Below, piece by piece: positions 9,928 through 19,656 of a stretch of 61,264 nucleotides of DNA. The position numbers and the translations under genes are program-made. The notes below the pieces were generated by a model, which was given only the letters and a program-made list of their open reading frames with translations, was not told the DNA's origin and did no database searches. The stretch comes from a bacterium (lineage in GTDB: Bacteria > Oederibacteriota > PGYV01 > Palsa-1178): the NCBI GenBank assembly GCA_037138355.1, contig JBAXIL010000005.1, positions 1 through 61,264 on the forward strand, given 5' to 3'. Numbering within the stretch: position 1 is the stretch's first letter; each line of letters starts with the position of its first letter.

Positions 9928-10884
9928 TTATTTTTTTGATGCTTTTTTGACTGGTTTAAGCATAGCCAATGCTTCTTTAACTATATTTTTATCTGTTAAT
10001 CCATATTTTTCAAAAAGTGCCTCAGGTGTTCCTGACTCCGCAAAGATATCTCTAATGCCAAGTCTTTTGAGCAATACAGGCATTTTTTCAGAAAGTACTT
10101 CAGCCACAGCCGAACCCAATCCACCTATTATTGAATGCTCTTCTATAGTAAGTATCTTGCCTGTATTTTTTGCAGACTCAATTATTATTTTTTCATCAAT
10201 AGGTTTTATAGAAGGCATATGAATAACTTCAGCAGACACGCCTTTTGTTTTTAGTATTTCAGCAGCAGCAAGTGCAAGTGATAGCATTATGCCAGTGCTT
10301 ATTATGGTTATATCTTTACCTTTCTTCATCATAAGTCCTTTACCAAACTGAAATGTATATGAAGAATCAAAAATTACATCCGTAGTCATTCTGGTAAGTC
10401 GCACATAGACAGGCGAATCAGTATATGTCGCAAGGTATTCAATAATTTTTTCAGTTTCTACAGAATCAGCAGGTGCGATTACTTTCATATTTGGTATGGC
10501 TCTCATGATAGCCATATCTTCGCAGGCCTGATGTGTTGGACCATCTTCACCAACTGATATACCAGCATGCGTCACAACTATTTTTACAGGAAGATTTGGA
10601 TATGCTACAGAGTTTCTGATTTGTTCCCAAGGTCTGCCTGAACCAAACATAGCAAATGTGGAAGCAAAAGGAATCATACCAGCAGCAGCAAAACCAGCAG
10701 CTGTGCCTATCATATCTTGTTCTGCAATTCCCATATCAAAAAATCTGTCCGGATATACCTTTCCGAACTTTGCTGTCTGCGTTGATTTTGCAAGATCCGC
10801 ATCGAGCACAACTAAGTTTTTATATTTTGCACCAAGCTTTACTAAGGTCTCTCCGTAAACGCCTCTCATTGATGTTTTTGCCAT
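9928..10884 (-). CDS. Transketolase C-terminal subunit
   Basis: LDADL, GIAEQ, GEDGPTHQ, IEEHSIIGGLG. Confidence 0.95.
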   Translation of the reverse strand: MAKTSMRGVYGETLVKLGAKYKNLVVLDADLAKSTQTAKFGKVYPDRFFDMGIAEQDMIGTAAGFAAAGMIPFASTFAMFGSGRPWEQIRNSVAYPNLPVKIVVTHAGISVGEDGPTHQACEDMAIMRAIPNMKVIAPADSVETEKIIEYLATYTDSPVYVRLTRMTTDVIFDSSYTFQFGKGLMMKKGKDITIISTGIMLSLALAAAEILKTKGVSAEVIHMPSIKPIDEKIIIESAKNTGKILTIEEHSIIGGLGSAVAEVLSEKMPVLLKRLGIRDIFAESGTPEALFEKYGLTDKNIVKEALAMLKPVKKASKK

Positions 10885-10885
10885 A

Positions 10886-12667
10886 TTATTCTATACACCC
10901 GAGTTCTTTCAAAGCGCGCGCTTCTTCTTCAGGTGTGGGCGTTACGCCGTGATACTCGACTTTCCTTTCCATAAATGAAATACCCTTGCCTTTTATAGTT
11001 CTGGCAATTATTATGCTTGGGCTTCCTTTTGTATTTTTGGCAGTTTCAAATGCTTCTATTATTTGTTCATAATTGTGTCCATCTATTTCTATGACATTCC
11101 AGTTAAAGGCCTTCCATTTTTCTACAAGCGGTTCCAAACCTGATTTTACTTCACAGATAGAACCATCTATTTGCAAACCATTATAATCAAGGATAGCGCA
11201 GACATTATCAAGTCGTCTGTGATGAGAAGTCATAGCGGCTTCCCATATCTGCCCTTCCTGCATTTCTCCGTCACCCATCATGACATATACTCTCGTAGGT
11301 AATTTTTTTAATTTTGCTGCAAGCGCCATACCATTTGCCACTGACAAACCCTGTCCGAGTGAACCTGTTGTCATGTCCACTCCAGGAGTTTTTTTCATAT
11401 CAGGATGTCCTGATAAATCTTCGTCTATTTTTCTTAACTGCCAGAGTTTTGCTTCAGGAAAAAATCCCGCTTCTGCTAAGGCCGTATATAAAGCAGGTGC
11501 ACCGTGACCTTTTGACAAAACAAACTTATCGCGATTTTCCATTTTAGGATTTTTTGGATCTACATTCATAACCTTAAGATATAGGGTAGATATAATATCT
11601 ATCGCTGATAATGAACCACCTGGATGTCCTGACTTTGAACAACCCAACATTTTAATTATATTAATACGCATTTTGTTCGTGCGTTTTTCAAGCATTTTTA
11701 TTGTTTCATTATAATTTTTGTAGTGCCCGCCTTCCTTACTTCTTTCTACGAAAAATTTATCAAGAGCCAAACGAACTGGCATACCTTCCTGTGCTCCGAT
11801 TTTCATAGTGACCATAGCACCGGCAGCATTACCATACTCAACCGCTTCTTGTATGGACTTTCCTTCTGATAAAGCCACAGTTAAAGCGCCGCAAAATGCA
11901 TCGCCTCCACCGATTGTGTCTTCTACTTTCACTCCATAACCAGGAAATACCTCAGCACCTTTTTCAGTTACAAGCAGTGCTTCCCTGCCCATAGTAATGA
12001 CTACATTTTTTGTTCCATGCGCAAGAAGTTCTTTTCCAGTTAAATTTCCGGTTTCCATATGAGAGATTACGCGGTTTGAAAGGTAACCGCCTTCTTTTTC
12101 ATTCATGACTGTAACAAAAGTTCCGTCTAATAAAGCCATAATATCTTCGCGTTTTTTTCCAGTCAATGCGCCGACACTTAAAACAATCATTTTTCCTAAT
12201 TTTTTTGCTATGTCTATGGCCTTCTTTGCAGTTGCCACAGGAATTTCTGTACATACTACAACTACTGTTGAATCCTCAATTGCTTTTTTTGATTTTTCAA
12301 TATCTGCTGGAGATAAATCTTTATTTGCACCTGTGTACCAGGTAACTTTATTTCCTTTTTTTCCTGTGGTGTTAATTAAAGCTATACCTGTTTTTAATTT
12401 TTTGTCTTTGATTAAATAATCAAGATTTATGTTTGTATGTTTTAGATTTTTCATGGCATTACCAGGAACTTCTTCGATTCCAGTCCTTGCTACAAAGTTT
12501 ACTTTTTTTCCAAGTCTGGCTATTGCTACTGCTTGATTTGCACCCTTACCACCTGGAAGAAAATATACATCATCCCCAGGAATTGTTTCTCCGCGTTCTG
12601 GCATGGTCTCTGTTTTAACCAAAATATCAATATTAACACTACCTATGACAGCAATTTTAACAGCCAT
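10886..12667 (-). CDS. Fusion: PfkB/ribokinase domain + transketolase N-terminal (TPP-binding) subunit
   Basis: aa ~1-305 GGKGANQAVAIARLG, NEKE, DTIGGGDAF; aa ~320-593 SGHPGGSLS, LSKGH, GSLGQG, GDGE. Confidence 0.92.
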   Translation of the reverse strand: MAVKIAVIGSVNIDILVKTETMPERGETIPGDDVYFLPGGKGANQAVAIARLGKKVNFVARTGIEEVPGNAMKNLKHTNINLDYLIKDKKLKTGIALINTTGKKGNKVTWYTGANKDLSPADIEKSKKAIEDSTVVVVCTEIPVATAKKAIDIAKKLGKMIVLSVGALTGKKREDIMALLDGTFVTVMNEKEGGYLSNRVISHMETGNLTGKELLAHGTKNVVITMGREALLVTEKGAEVFPGYGVKVEDTIGGGDAFCGALTVALSEGKSIQEAVEYGNAAGAMVTMKIGAQEGMPVRLALDKFFVERSKEGGHYKNYNETIKMLEKRTNKMRINIIKMLGCSKSGHPGGSLSAIDIISTLYLKVMNVDPKNPKMENRDKFVLSKGHGAPALYTALAEAGFFPEAKLWQLRKIDEDLSGHPDMKKTPGVDMTTGSLGQGLSVANGMALAAKLKKLPTRVYVMMGDGEMQEGQIWEAAMTSHHRRLDNVCAILDYNGLQIDGSICEVKSGLEPLVEKWKAFNWNVIEIDGHNYEQIIEAFETAKNTKGSPSIIIARTIKGKGISFMERKVEYHGVTPTPEEEARALKELGCIE

Positions 12668-12713
12668 TAAAAACTCCTTTGTAATATAATAAGGAAGTAA
12701 AAATATGAATGAA

Positions 12714-12742
12714 ATTATATAATATCAGGCGAGATATGTCAA
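12714..12742 (-). promoter_or_regulatory. Consensus sigma70 promoter for the ribokinase-transketolase operon
   Basis: Minus strand TTGACA-17 nt-TATAAT. Confidence 0.8.
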
Positions 12743-12814
12743 ATGAAAGCGAGAGTCATAAACTTGCATATATAATCAGCAAAAATAGGCCGAATATTCG
12801 ATTTTTTATTAAAA

Positions 12815-15322
12815 CTATATCTTCTCTACAAACTTCCCAAGAAAGCTTTTATGTTTTTCAAGCAAAGCTTCGGCTTGTTGTTGTGTTTTTGCTTCCACAT
12901 ATATTTGAAATATAGGTCTATCATTGTCAGGAATTAACAACACTCTGGAATCGCCGTCTTTAAACTGTATCCCCTCTATATCTTCATCCGTATTATTGTC
13001 TTTTAATGCCACAAGCTCTTTCATTATATGTCCGCGCTTTTCCCACGGTACCACAACAGAATCTTCTATTTTTATATATGTTGGAATTAATGCTGACAAA
13101 GTAGAAAGCGGCTTTCCATAATATGCCAAGAACTCAAGAAACTTTACTGTGGACATCATAGCATCAAATGCCGGCTGAAAAGCCGAAAATATATATCCAC
13201 CTTTTTCTTCCATAACAAAGTCCGCTTTCTTACTATTTGCTGCTGTCATCATAGCCCTATAACTTGTCCCTACTCTTAATACTTTTCCACCTTCCTTTTC
13301 CACTGTCTTATCCACTATTGTGGCGACACTGACTGGTACAGCAATAGTCGCCCCTTTATTTTTTCCCAAAAACAATTTCGACATAACGATTAAGCTGTCA
13401 TCGTCCACAAGTACTTTTCCTGCATCATCCACTATAAATATTTTCTGCGCTCCTGCGTCAATCATAACACCAGCATCGGCTTTTAAAGTCTTTACCATTT
13501 CTCCAAGCTTTTCAAGTGATTCATCAAATTTATCACCGGTTTTTGTCAAACGCTTTTCATCATTGTATGCGTTTAGAGCGATTACTTCACAGTTTAGTTC
13601 TCCTAAAATAGACGGAAATATATTTAAAGCATTTGAAAAAGAATAATCAATAATAACACTAAACTTCCTCTGCTTGATTTTTTCAATATCAACTGCTTTC
13701 ATAAAACCTTCTTTATAATACTCAAGAGCGCGCGGTGGATATGAAATCACTCCCACAGAATCATTATCGGCTCTGCGATATTCTTCTCTAAAAAAAGAAT
13801 TTTCTACAGATTTTTCCTGACCTAAAGAAATATCCAGACCTTCTGCATCAAAGAATTTAATATCAATCATTTTTTCATCATAAGGTGATTTTCTTATGTG
13901 CAGTCCTCCCAAAACCTTCAGAGTTTTTGCCACATATTTTGTAACGCAAAGAGGCATAATACGAAAGTCATATATATTGATACCAGAAGATAATATTCCT
14001 GACATTATGGCGCGCTCTAACATAAAAGAGGTTCTGTGATAATCGCGTGATATAAGGACATATCCACCTTTTTTCAAGGTGGAACCATAAGCCGCACCTA
14101 TCTTCGCTCCAATCTCAGGAGTCAGTTCCACATTGGCCATAGAAGTAATACCATATATGTCAAAAAGCCGATTTGACCAGCGTTCTCCGTATATCAGCGA
14201 AGATGAAACAGTTGAAAAATCATCAACCTTTTTATTAGGCCAAAGTTTTACTTCAGGTTTAATTATAGTTTCTTTTCCTATAAAACAATTATCAGATATT
14301 ACTGCCCCCACACCTATATACGCTTTATATCTTATTTTATTATTCCTGCCTATGACCGCTTCCTTAATATCTACTTCTTTTTCTATAACATTGTTTTCCC
14401 AAATGATAGACCGCACAATTTTTACACCATTATCTATAAAACAGTTATCGCCTATAACCGAGCTTGATATTTCCGCGCCTTCTTCTATGGTCACATTATT
14501 TCCTATTACAACTGAATCTTTAAACTTTACCCTCGGACCTATTGTTACATTTTTGCCAACCCATACATCATTGCCAATCTTTCCTTTTCTTTCACCTTTT
14601 ATATCGCAATCTATTTCTCCGTGTAATATATCCTCATGTACTTGTCTATATTCGGCAAGTGTTCCAATATCTTTCCAATACCCTTCCCCAGTGAAGCCAA
14701 ATAATTTTTCTTTATTCTCAAGCAATGCTGGGAAAAGTTGTTTTGAAAAATCAAAATCAACTCCCATAGGAATAAAATCAAATATTTTTGGTGAGAAAAC
14801 ATATATTCCTGTATTAATAGTGTCTGAAAAAACTTCTCCCCAGGATGGTTTTTCTAATAGTTTTTTTACTCTGCCATCTTTTTCAGTTATGACTATGCCA
14901 TAACGCAAAGGGTCTGTGGTTTTTGTAAGGACTATGGTTCCTATGGCCTGATTTTTTTTATGAAACTCTATGGCTTCGGTTAAGTTAAAGTTAGTTAAAA
15001 CATCCCCTGAAACTATTATAAAATCATTATCTTTCAAATGTTCTTTGGCAAGAGTTACACAACCTGCTGTCCCCAAGTCGCTTTCAGAAATCAAATAATT
15101 AATTTTCACACCAAAATCAGCACCATCTCTAAAATATTTTGATATGACTTCTGGTTGGAAATATAACATCATAGTAATATCTGTGAGACCATGTTTTTTT
15201 AGGAGATTGATAATATGTTCGAGCATAGGAGCATTCATAACAGGAGCCATAGGTTTTGGTATATTGGATGTAAGCGGTCTAAGTCTGGTACCGAATCCGC
15301 CTGCGAGAATGACTGCTTTCAT
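12815..15322 (-). CDS. Mannose-1-phosphate guanylyltransferase-like NTP transferase + hexapeptide repeats + degenerate phosphohexomutase domain
   Basis: LAGGFGTRLRPLT, PKP, EKP, YWKDIG; LbH repeats; C-terminal PGM/PMM fold without the SHNP motif. Confidence 0.9.
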   Translation of the reverse strand: MKAVILAGGFGTRLRPLTSNIPKPMAPVMNAPMLEHIINLLKKHGLTDITMMLYFQPEVISKYFRDGADFGVKINYLISESDLGTAGCVTLAKEHLKDNDFIIVSGDVLTNFNLTEAIEFHKKNQAIGTIVLTKTTDPLRYGIVITEKDGRVKKLLEKPSWGEVFSDTINTGIYVFSPKIFDFIPMGVDFDFSKQLFPALLENKEKLFGFTGEGYWKDIGTLAEYRQVHEDILHGEIDCDIKGERKGKIGNDVWVGKNVTIGPRVKFKDSVVIGNNVTIEEGAEISSSVIGDNCFIDNGVKIVRSIIWENNVIEKEVDIKEAVIGRNNKIRYKAYIGVGAVISDNCFIGKETIIKPEVKLWPNKKVDDFSTVSSSLIYGERWSNRLFDIYGITSMANVELTPEIGAKIGAAYGSTLKKGGYVLISRDYHRTSFMLERAIMSGILSSGINIYDFRIMPLCVTKYVAKTLKVLGGLHIRKSPYDEKMIDIKFFDAEGLDISLGQEKSVENSFFREEYRRADNDSVGVISYPPRALEYYKEGFMKAVDIEKIKQRKFSVIIDYSFSNALNIFPSILGELNCEVIALNAYNDEKRLTKTGDKFDESLEKLGEMVKTLKADAGVMIDAGAQKIFIVDDAGKVLVDDDSLIVMSKLFLGKNKGATIAVPVSVATIVDKTVEKEGGKVLRVGTSYRAMMTAANSKKADFVMEEKGGYIFSAFQPAFDAMMSTVKFLEFLAYYGKPLSTLSALIPTYIKIEDSVVVPWEKRGHIMKELVALKDNNTDEDIEGIQFKDGDSRVLLIPDNDRPIFQIYVEAKTQQQAEALLEKHKSFLGKFVEKI

Positions 15323-15388
15323 GAAGCCCCCTCTGGATTTTTTATTTCACAATAAAAATATATAAATATAAATTAAATAATATATTTT

Positions 15389-15417
15389 ATTATAATACAG
15401 GGCAAGTTTAAAGTCAA
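15389..15417 (-). promoter_or_regulatory. Sigma70 promoter for the NTP-transferase fusion gene
   Basis: Minus strand TTGACT-17 nt-TATAAT. Confidence 0.7.
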
Positions 15418-15476
15418 GAAGCCTATACTTTCAAGCTATTTAATATGTGTGTTGTGCTTTTGTATTTATCTTAGAG

Positions 15477-17723
15477 TTACAGACACTTACTATATCCGCA
15501 TACTTTGCACACATTACAGCCACCCTCGTGTTCAAGTGTGGCTCCACACTCTGGGCAGGTATCGCCTAAAAACAACTGCTTTTGTTCTTTAAAAACAAAC
15601 TTTTCAGGCGAATCTTTTTTATCATGCAAATATTTTTCCAGCGCTATGCCTATGGCATCTGGACAAGAAAGTACTATACCACCTTCCTGCCAAGCTGGTG
15701 CAGGACATCTTGTACCACGCAAGTGTTTGGTTATTGATTCTGGTTTTACTCCAGCTCTTAGAGCTGTTGAAACCAATCTTGATATTGCTTCTGACTGAGC
15801 TGCTGCACAACCGCCAGATTTACCCATGGCAGTAAAAACTTCGCATAAGCCTGTAGCGTCTTCATTTATTGTCACATATAAGTTTCCACAACCTGTTTTC
15901 ATTTTTATTGTCTTGCCGTTAGTTATGTCCGGTCTTTTTCTCGGCTCTATCTCATGCTTGGAAGCATCAGCTACTGCTACCTTATTTTTAGATTTATCAA
16001 CTGTAGAAACTGTCAAAACCTGTTCATCTCTTGAACCGTCTCTATATATGGTAACGCCTTTGCAATCTAAATCGTATGCCAACATGTAAACTTCACGAAC
16101 ATCATCTTTTGTAGCATCATTATTAAAATTAACTGTTTTTGATACAGCATTATCTGTATATTTTTGGAAAGCTGCCTGCGTTTTGATATGCCACTCTGGT
16201 GCTATGTCATGACTTGTAACAAAAACTTTTTTCACTTCTTCTGGTATGCCATCCTGATGTGAGACATTTCCCGTCTCTCCTATTTTCATCATAAGTGAAT
16301 CAGTATAGAAACCTTTATCTCTTGCTACCTGTAAAAAATATTTATTAACTTCAGGCAGCTTAGTATTATCCATAACTGTTTTTGTATATGCGACTGCGAA
16401 CAATGGCTCAACTCCTGATGAACATGTAGCTATCATAGAGAGAGTACCTGTCGGAGCGATAGTTGTTAAAGTAGCATTACGAAGCTTCTTTCCCAATTTT
16501 TCTGGAACTGAACCTTTGTAGTTTGGAAAAACTCCGCGTTTTTTTGCAATTTCAATTGAAGCAGCTTCGGCTTCACTATGTATAAACTTCATTATTTCTT
16601 CTGCCAATTTAGTGGCTTCTTTAGATGAATAAGGTATTTCCATTTGTACTAATAAGTCAGCCCAGCCCATAAGCCCAAGCCCAATTTTTCTGTTTGAACG
16701 CACCATATCTGTAATTTTATCAAGTGGATACTTAGACATATCTATAACATTATCAAGGAAATGCACTGCTGTTCTAACCACGCTTCCAAGCTTTTTATAG
16801 TCCAGTTTTTTAGACGCATCCAACATTTGTGCCACATTGACAGACCCTAAATTACATGCCTCATAAGGTAAAAGTGGCTGTTCGCCACAAGGATTTGTTG
16901 ATTCCATTTCCCCTACATTAGGAGTCGGGTTTGACTTGTTTATTCTATCTATAAATACTATACCTGGATCTCCGTTTTTCCACGAGTATTCAACTATCAT
17001 GTCAAATATTTCGCGTGCGTCTTCTTGAGCAATTACTTCTTTGCTATGCGGATTTATAAGATTGTATTTTTCCCCTTTTTTTACTGCTTCCATAAAAGGT
17101 TCTGTTAAAGCCACTGAGATATTAAAATTATTTATTTCATGGTCATTGGCTTTACAAGTGATAAACTCTCTCACATCTGGATGATCTACGCGTAGTATAC
17201 CCATATTGGCACCGCGTCTTGTACCGCCCTGCTTTACAGCTTCTGTGGCAGCATTGAAAACTTTCATAAAAGAAACTGGACCTGAAGATATGCCTGAAGT
17301 AGTTTTTACTTTATCGCGGTTTGGTCTTAAACGAGAGAATGAGAATCCAGTTCCGCCACCTGATTTGTGTATGAGTGCTGCATTTTTTATTGCTTCAAAA
17401 ATACCTTCTATCGAATCTTCTACTGGCAGGACAAAACAGGCTGCCAACTGTTGAAGATCGCGACCTGCGTTCATTAAAGTAGGTGAATTTGGAAGAAAAT
17501 CAAGGTTTGCCATTACATTATAAAACTCAAGAGCCACTGCATCCGTATCTGCTTTTTTATCGTATAATGTATCAGCCTGAGCTATATTCTCCGCCACTCT
17601 CACTAATAGCCCAACAGCATCTTCAATGCTCTCGCCTTTATCGTTTTTTAAGAAATATCGCTTCTCAAGTACCTTGAGTGCGTTTTCAGTCAAATTTGGT
17701 TTAATAAGCTTCTTTTTATCCAT
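15477..17723 (-). CDS. nrdJ: Class II (adenosylcobalamin-dependent) ribonucleotide reductase with TSCPD domain and C-terminal Zn ribbon
   Basis: PNSPTLMNAG, ACFV, TNPCGEQ, CNLGS, TIAPTGT, LSCPD, CPECG...CKVCG. Confidence 0.95.
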   Translation of the reverse strand: MDKKKLIKPNLTENALKVLEKRYFLKNDKGESIEDAVGLLVRVAENIAQADTLYDKKADTDAVALEFYNVMANLDFLPNSPTLMNAGRDLQQLAACFVLPVEDSIEGIFEAIKNAALIHKSGGGTGFSFSRLRPNRDKVKTTSGISSGPVSFMKVFNAATEAVKQGGTRRGANMGILRVDHPDVREFITCKANDHEINNFNISVALTEPFMEAVKKGEKYNLINPHSKEVIAQEDAREIFDMIVEYSWKNGDPGIVFIDRINKSNPTPNVGEMESTNPCGEQPLLPYEACNLGSVNVAQMLDASKKLDYKKLGSVVRTAVHFLDNVIDMSKYPLDKITDMVRSNRKIGLGLMGWADLLVQMEIPYSSKEATKLAEEIMKFIHSEAEAASIEIAKKRGVFPNYKGSVPEKLGKKLRNATLTTIAPTGTLSMIATCSSGVEPLFAVAYTKTVMDNTKLPEVNKYFLQVARDKGFYTDSLMMKIGETGNVSHQDGIPEEVKKVFVTSHDIAPEWHIKTQAAFQKYTDNAVSKTVNFNNDATKDDVREVYMLAYDLDCKGVTIYRDGSRDEQVLTVSTVDKSKNKVAVADASKHEIEPRKRPDITNGKTIKMKTGCGNLYVTINEDATGLCEVFTAMGKSGGCAAAQSEAISRLVSTALRAGVKPESITKHLRGTRCPAPAWQEGGIVLSCPDAIGIALEKYLHDKKDSPEKFVFKEQKQLFLGDTCPECGATLEHEGGCNVCKVCGYSKCL

Positions 17724-17755
17724 GTTTTCTCTCCTGTTTTATTTTAAGTTCACCA

Positions 17756-17783
17756 ATTATAACCTATAAAGTTTTGTTGTCAA
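17756..17783 (-). promoter_or_regulatory. Sigma70 promoter for nrdJ
   Basis: Minus strand TTGACA-16 nt-TATAAT. Confidence 0.7.
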
Positions 17784-17944
17784 GAACGGATATTACAAAG
17801 AAATTTAGAAGTCTCTAAGTGTCAACAAAAACGAACAATTTAGTTCTTTTTAAAAACCAAGATTTCTATAGCCTCCCGTTTTTTACTCTTTACAATGCCC
17901 TCTGTTTCTATTATTATGTCTTAAAACATTATTAAAGGAGCGCT

Positions 17945-18661
17945 ATGGCACTTATTTCCATCGTAATACCGGCCTACAATGAAGAAAAACGCCTTCCTGA
18001 TACATTAAAGAAGTTACTAAAGTTTGTATCTTCAAAGAAAATAAATGCCGAGATTATAGTTGTAGATGATGGAAGTAAAGACGATACCGCTGCTGTAGTA
18101 TTGGCTTTAAAAAACCCAAAAATAAAACTCATCAAAAATACAAAGAATATGGGCAAGGGATTTTCTGTACAAAACGGCGTAAAAAATGCCAAGGGAGACA
18201 TAATCCTTTTTACAGATGCCGATATGTCCACTCCTATCAAACATCTTTCCGAATTTATTCAATATCATAAGGAGGGCTATGAAGTCGTAATCGCCTCCCG
18301 CGATTTAGTAGAATCCAAAGTCATTGTTCCTCAAAGTCCTTTTAGGGAAATAAGTGGAAAAGTATTTAACCTTATGGTTCGTCTTGTCACAGGATTGCCT
18401 ATACACGACACGCAGTGTGGCTTTAAAAGTTTTACAAAAAAAGCTTCCAAACTAATTTTTTCAAAACAGACCATAGTTGGTTTTGGTTTTGATGTTGAAA
18501 TACTTTTCATAGCCCATTCGCATAAACTATCCATAAAAGAAGCGGCAGTAGAGTGGTACAATGCCCCTGGCACAAAAGTAAGTTTTTTTAAGGACTCACT
18601 TAGAATGTTTGCCGAACTTTTTAAAATTCGTTTAAATGGACTCAAAGGTATTTATAAATGA
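17945..18661 (+). CDS. GT2 polyprenyl-phosphate glycosyltransferase (DPM/DPG-synthase-like)
   Basis: IPAYNEE, VDDGSKD, GKG, DAD, DTQCGFK, FDVE. Confidence 0.9.
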   Translation: MALISIVIPAYNEEKRLPDTLKKLLKFVSSKKINAEIIVVDDGSKDDTAAVVLALKNPKIKLIKNTKNMGKGFSVQNGVKNAKGDIILFTDADMSTPIKHLSEFIQYHKEGYEVVIASRDLVESKVIVPQSPFREISGKVFNLMVRLVTGLPIHDTQCGFKSFTKKASKLIFSKQTIVGFGFDVEILFIAHSHKLSIKEAAVEWYNAPGTKVSFFKDSLRMFAELFKIRLNGLKGIYK

Positions 18662-18689
18662 TTTTAATTCTTTCAAATCAGCTTAAGTT

Positions 18690-19478
18690 ATGACCTCTAT
18701 TTTATTCATCGCTGTTTTTGCAATTGCTGTCATTTTTTCTATGCTCGGCCTTGGCGGAGGCGTTCTTTATATTCCAATTCTTTTACAAGCTGGTTTGACT
18801 ATGCAGACGGCTGTACCTACTGGACTTGCGATTATGCTTATTATGAGCTTAACCGCTGCGGTTGTTTATCACACCAACTCCCTTATTGACTGGAAGCTAT
18901 TTTTAATTATGGAACCTGCTTCAGTAATAGGAGCGCTTGTAGGAAGCTATTTTTCAAGCAAGTTTCCTGATAAAGCTTTATACATATTTTTCGCTTTGTC
19001 TATGCTCGCGACAATTATTATAGGCCTCTTGCCCAAAAAAAATATTCATCCATTAACACCTAAAACTAAATTTCCAGGTATTTTTCATTTAACAAAAAAT
19101 GCTGATAATTATTCCATTAATTTATGGATAGCAGCACCTGTTTCAATGCTGGCAGGTTTTGTCTCCTCAATAATAGGTCTGGGCGGTGGATTTTTAAAGG
19201 TCCCGCTTATGACTGTAATCTTCGGAGTCCCCATAAAGATAGCAGCAGCAACATCTTCTGCAATGATAGTAGTGACGGCAAGCTCGGGTTTTTTAGGACA
19301 TGCTGCCGCTGGACATGTAGATTACAAGCTTGTGGGTTTGCTTTCAATTGCTGTATTTTTTGGAGCACTTGTTGGCACAAGAATATTGGTAAAAGCTGAT
19401 AAAAAGTTTTTGAATATGGCTCTTATGATATTGCAATTATCTGTCGCAGTTTGGATGATTTATAAGGCAGTGGTTTAA
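18690..19478 (+). CDS. TauE/SafE (TSUP) family permease
   Basis: Duplicated GLGGG motifs, ~8 TM. Confidence 0.88.
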   Translation: MTSILFIAVFAIAVIFSMLGLGGGVLYIPILLQAGLTMQTAVPTGLAIMLIMSLTAAVVYHTNSLIDWKLFLIMEPASVIGALVGSYFSSKFPDKALYIFFALSMLATIIIGLLPKKNIHPLTPKTKFPGIFHLTKNADNYSINLWIAAPVSMLAGFVSSIIGLGGGFLKVPLMTVIFGVPIKIAAATSSAMIVVTASSGFLGHAAAGHVDYKLVGLLSIAVFFGALVGTRILVKADKKFLNMALMILQLSVAVWMIYKAVV

Positions 19479-19482
19479 AGAC

Positions 19483-19610
19483 AGTTTAGAGTTTAGAGTT
19501 TAGAGTTCACAAGTTCAAGTTTGGAGTTCATAAGTTCAAGTTTGGAGTTTGGAGTTCATAAGTTAGAGTTTAGAGTTTAGAATTTGGAGTTCGGAGTTTT
19601 AAGATTCAAA
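19483..19610. repeat. Degenerate heptamer tandem repeat (AGTTTAG/AGTTTGG/AGTTCAN)
   Basis: Visible AGTT-based ~7-nt periodicity between convergent genes. Confidence 0.85.
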
Positions 19611-19656
19611 CCTTTACAAAACCAACCTCAGTGTTTATCAAACACTTTTAAAACAA

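Noticed and set aside
14133-14903. Long antisense ORFs (e.g. 14133-14903, 28876-29499, 42442-43044, 57161-57703)
   Set aside because: Shadow frames opposite well-supported genes, with no motifs of their own
17724-17944. NrdR boxes or LexA box upstream of nrdJ
   Set aside because: No convincing NrdR consensus; GAAC-N6-GTTC has the wrong spacing for a Gram-positive LexA box
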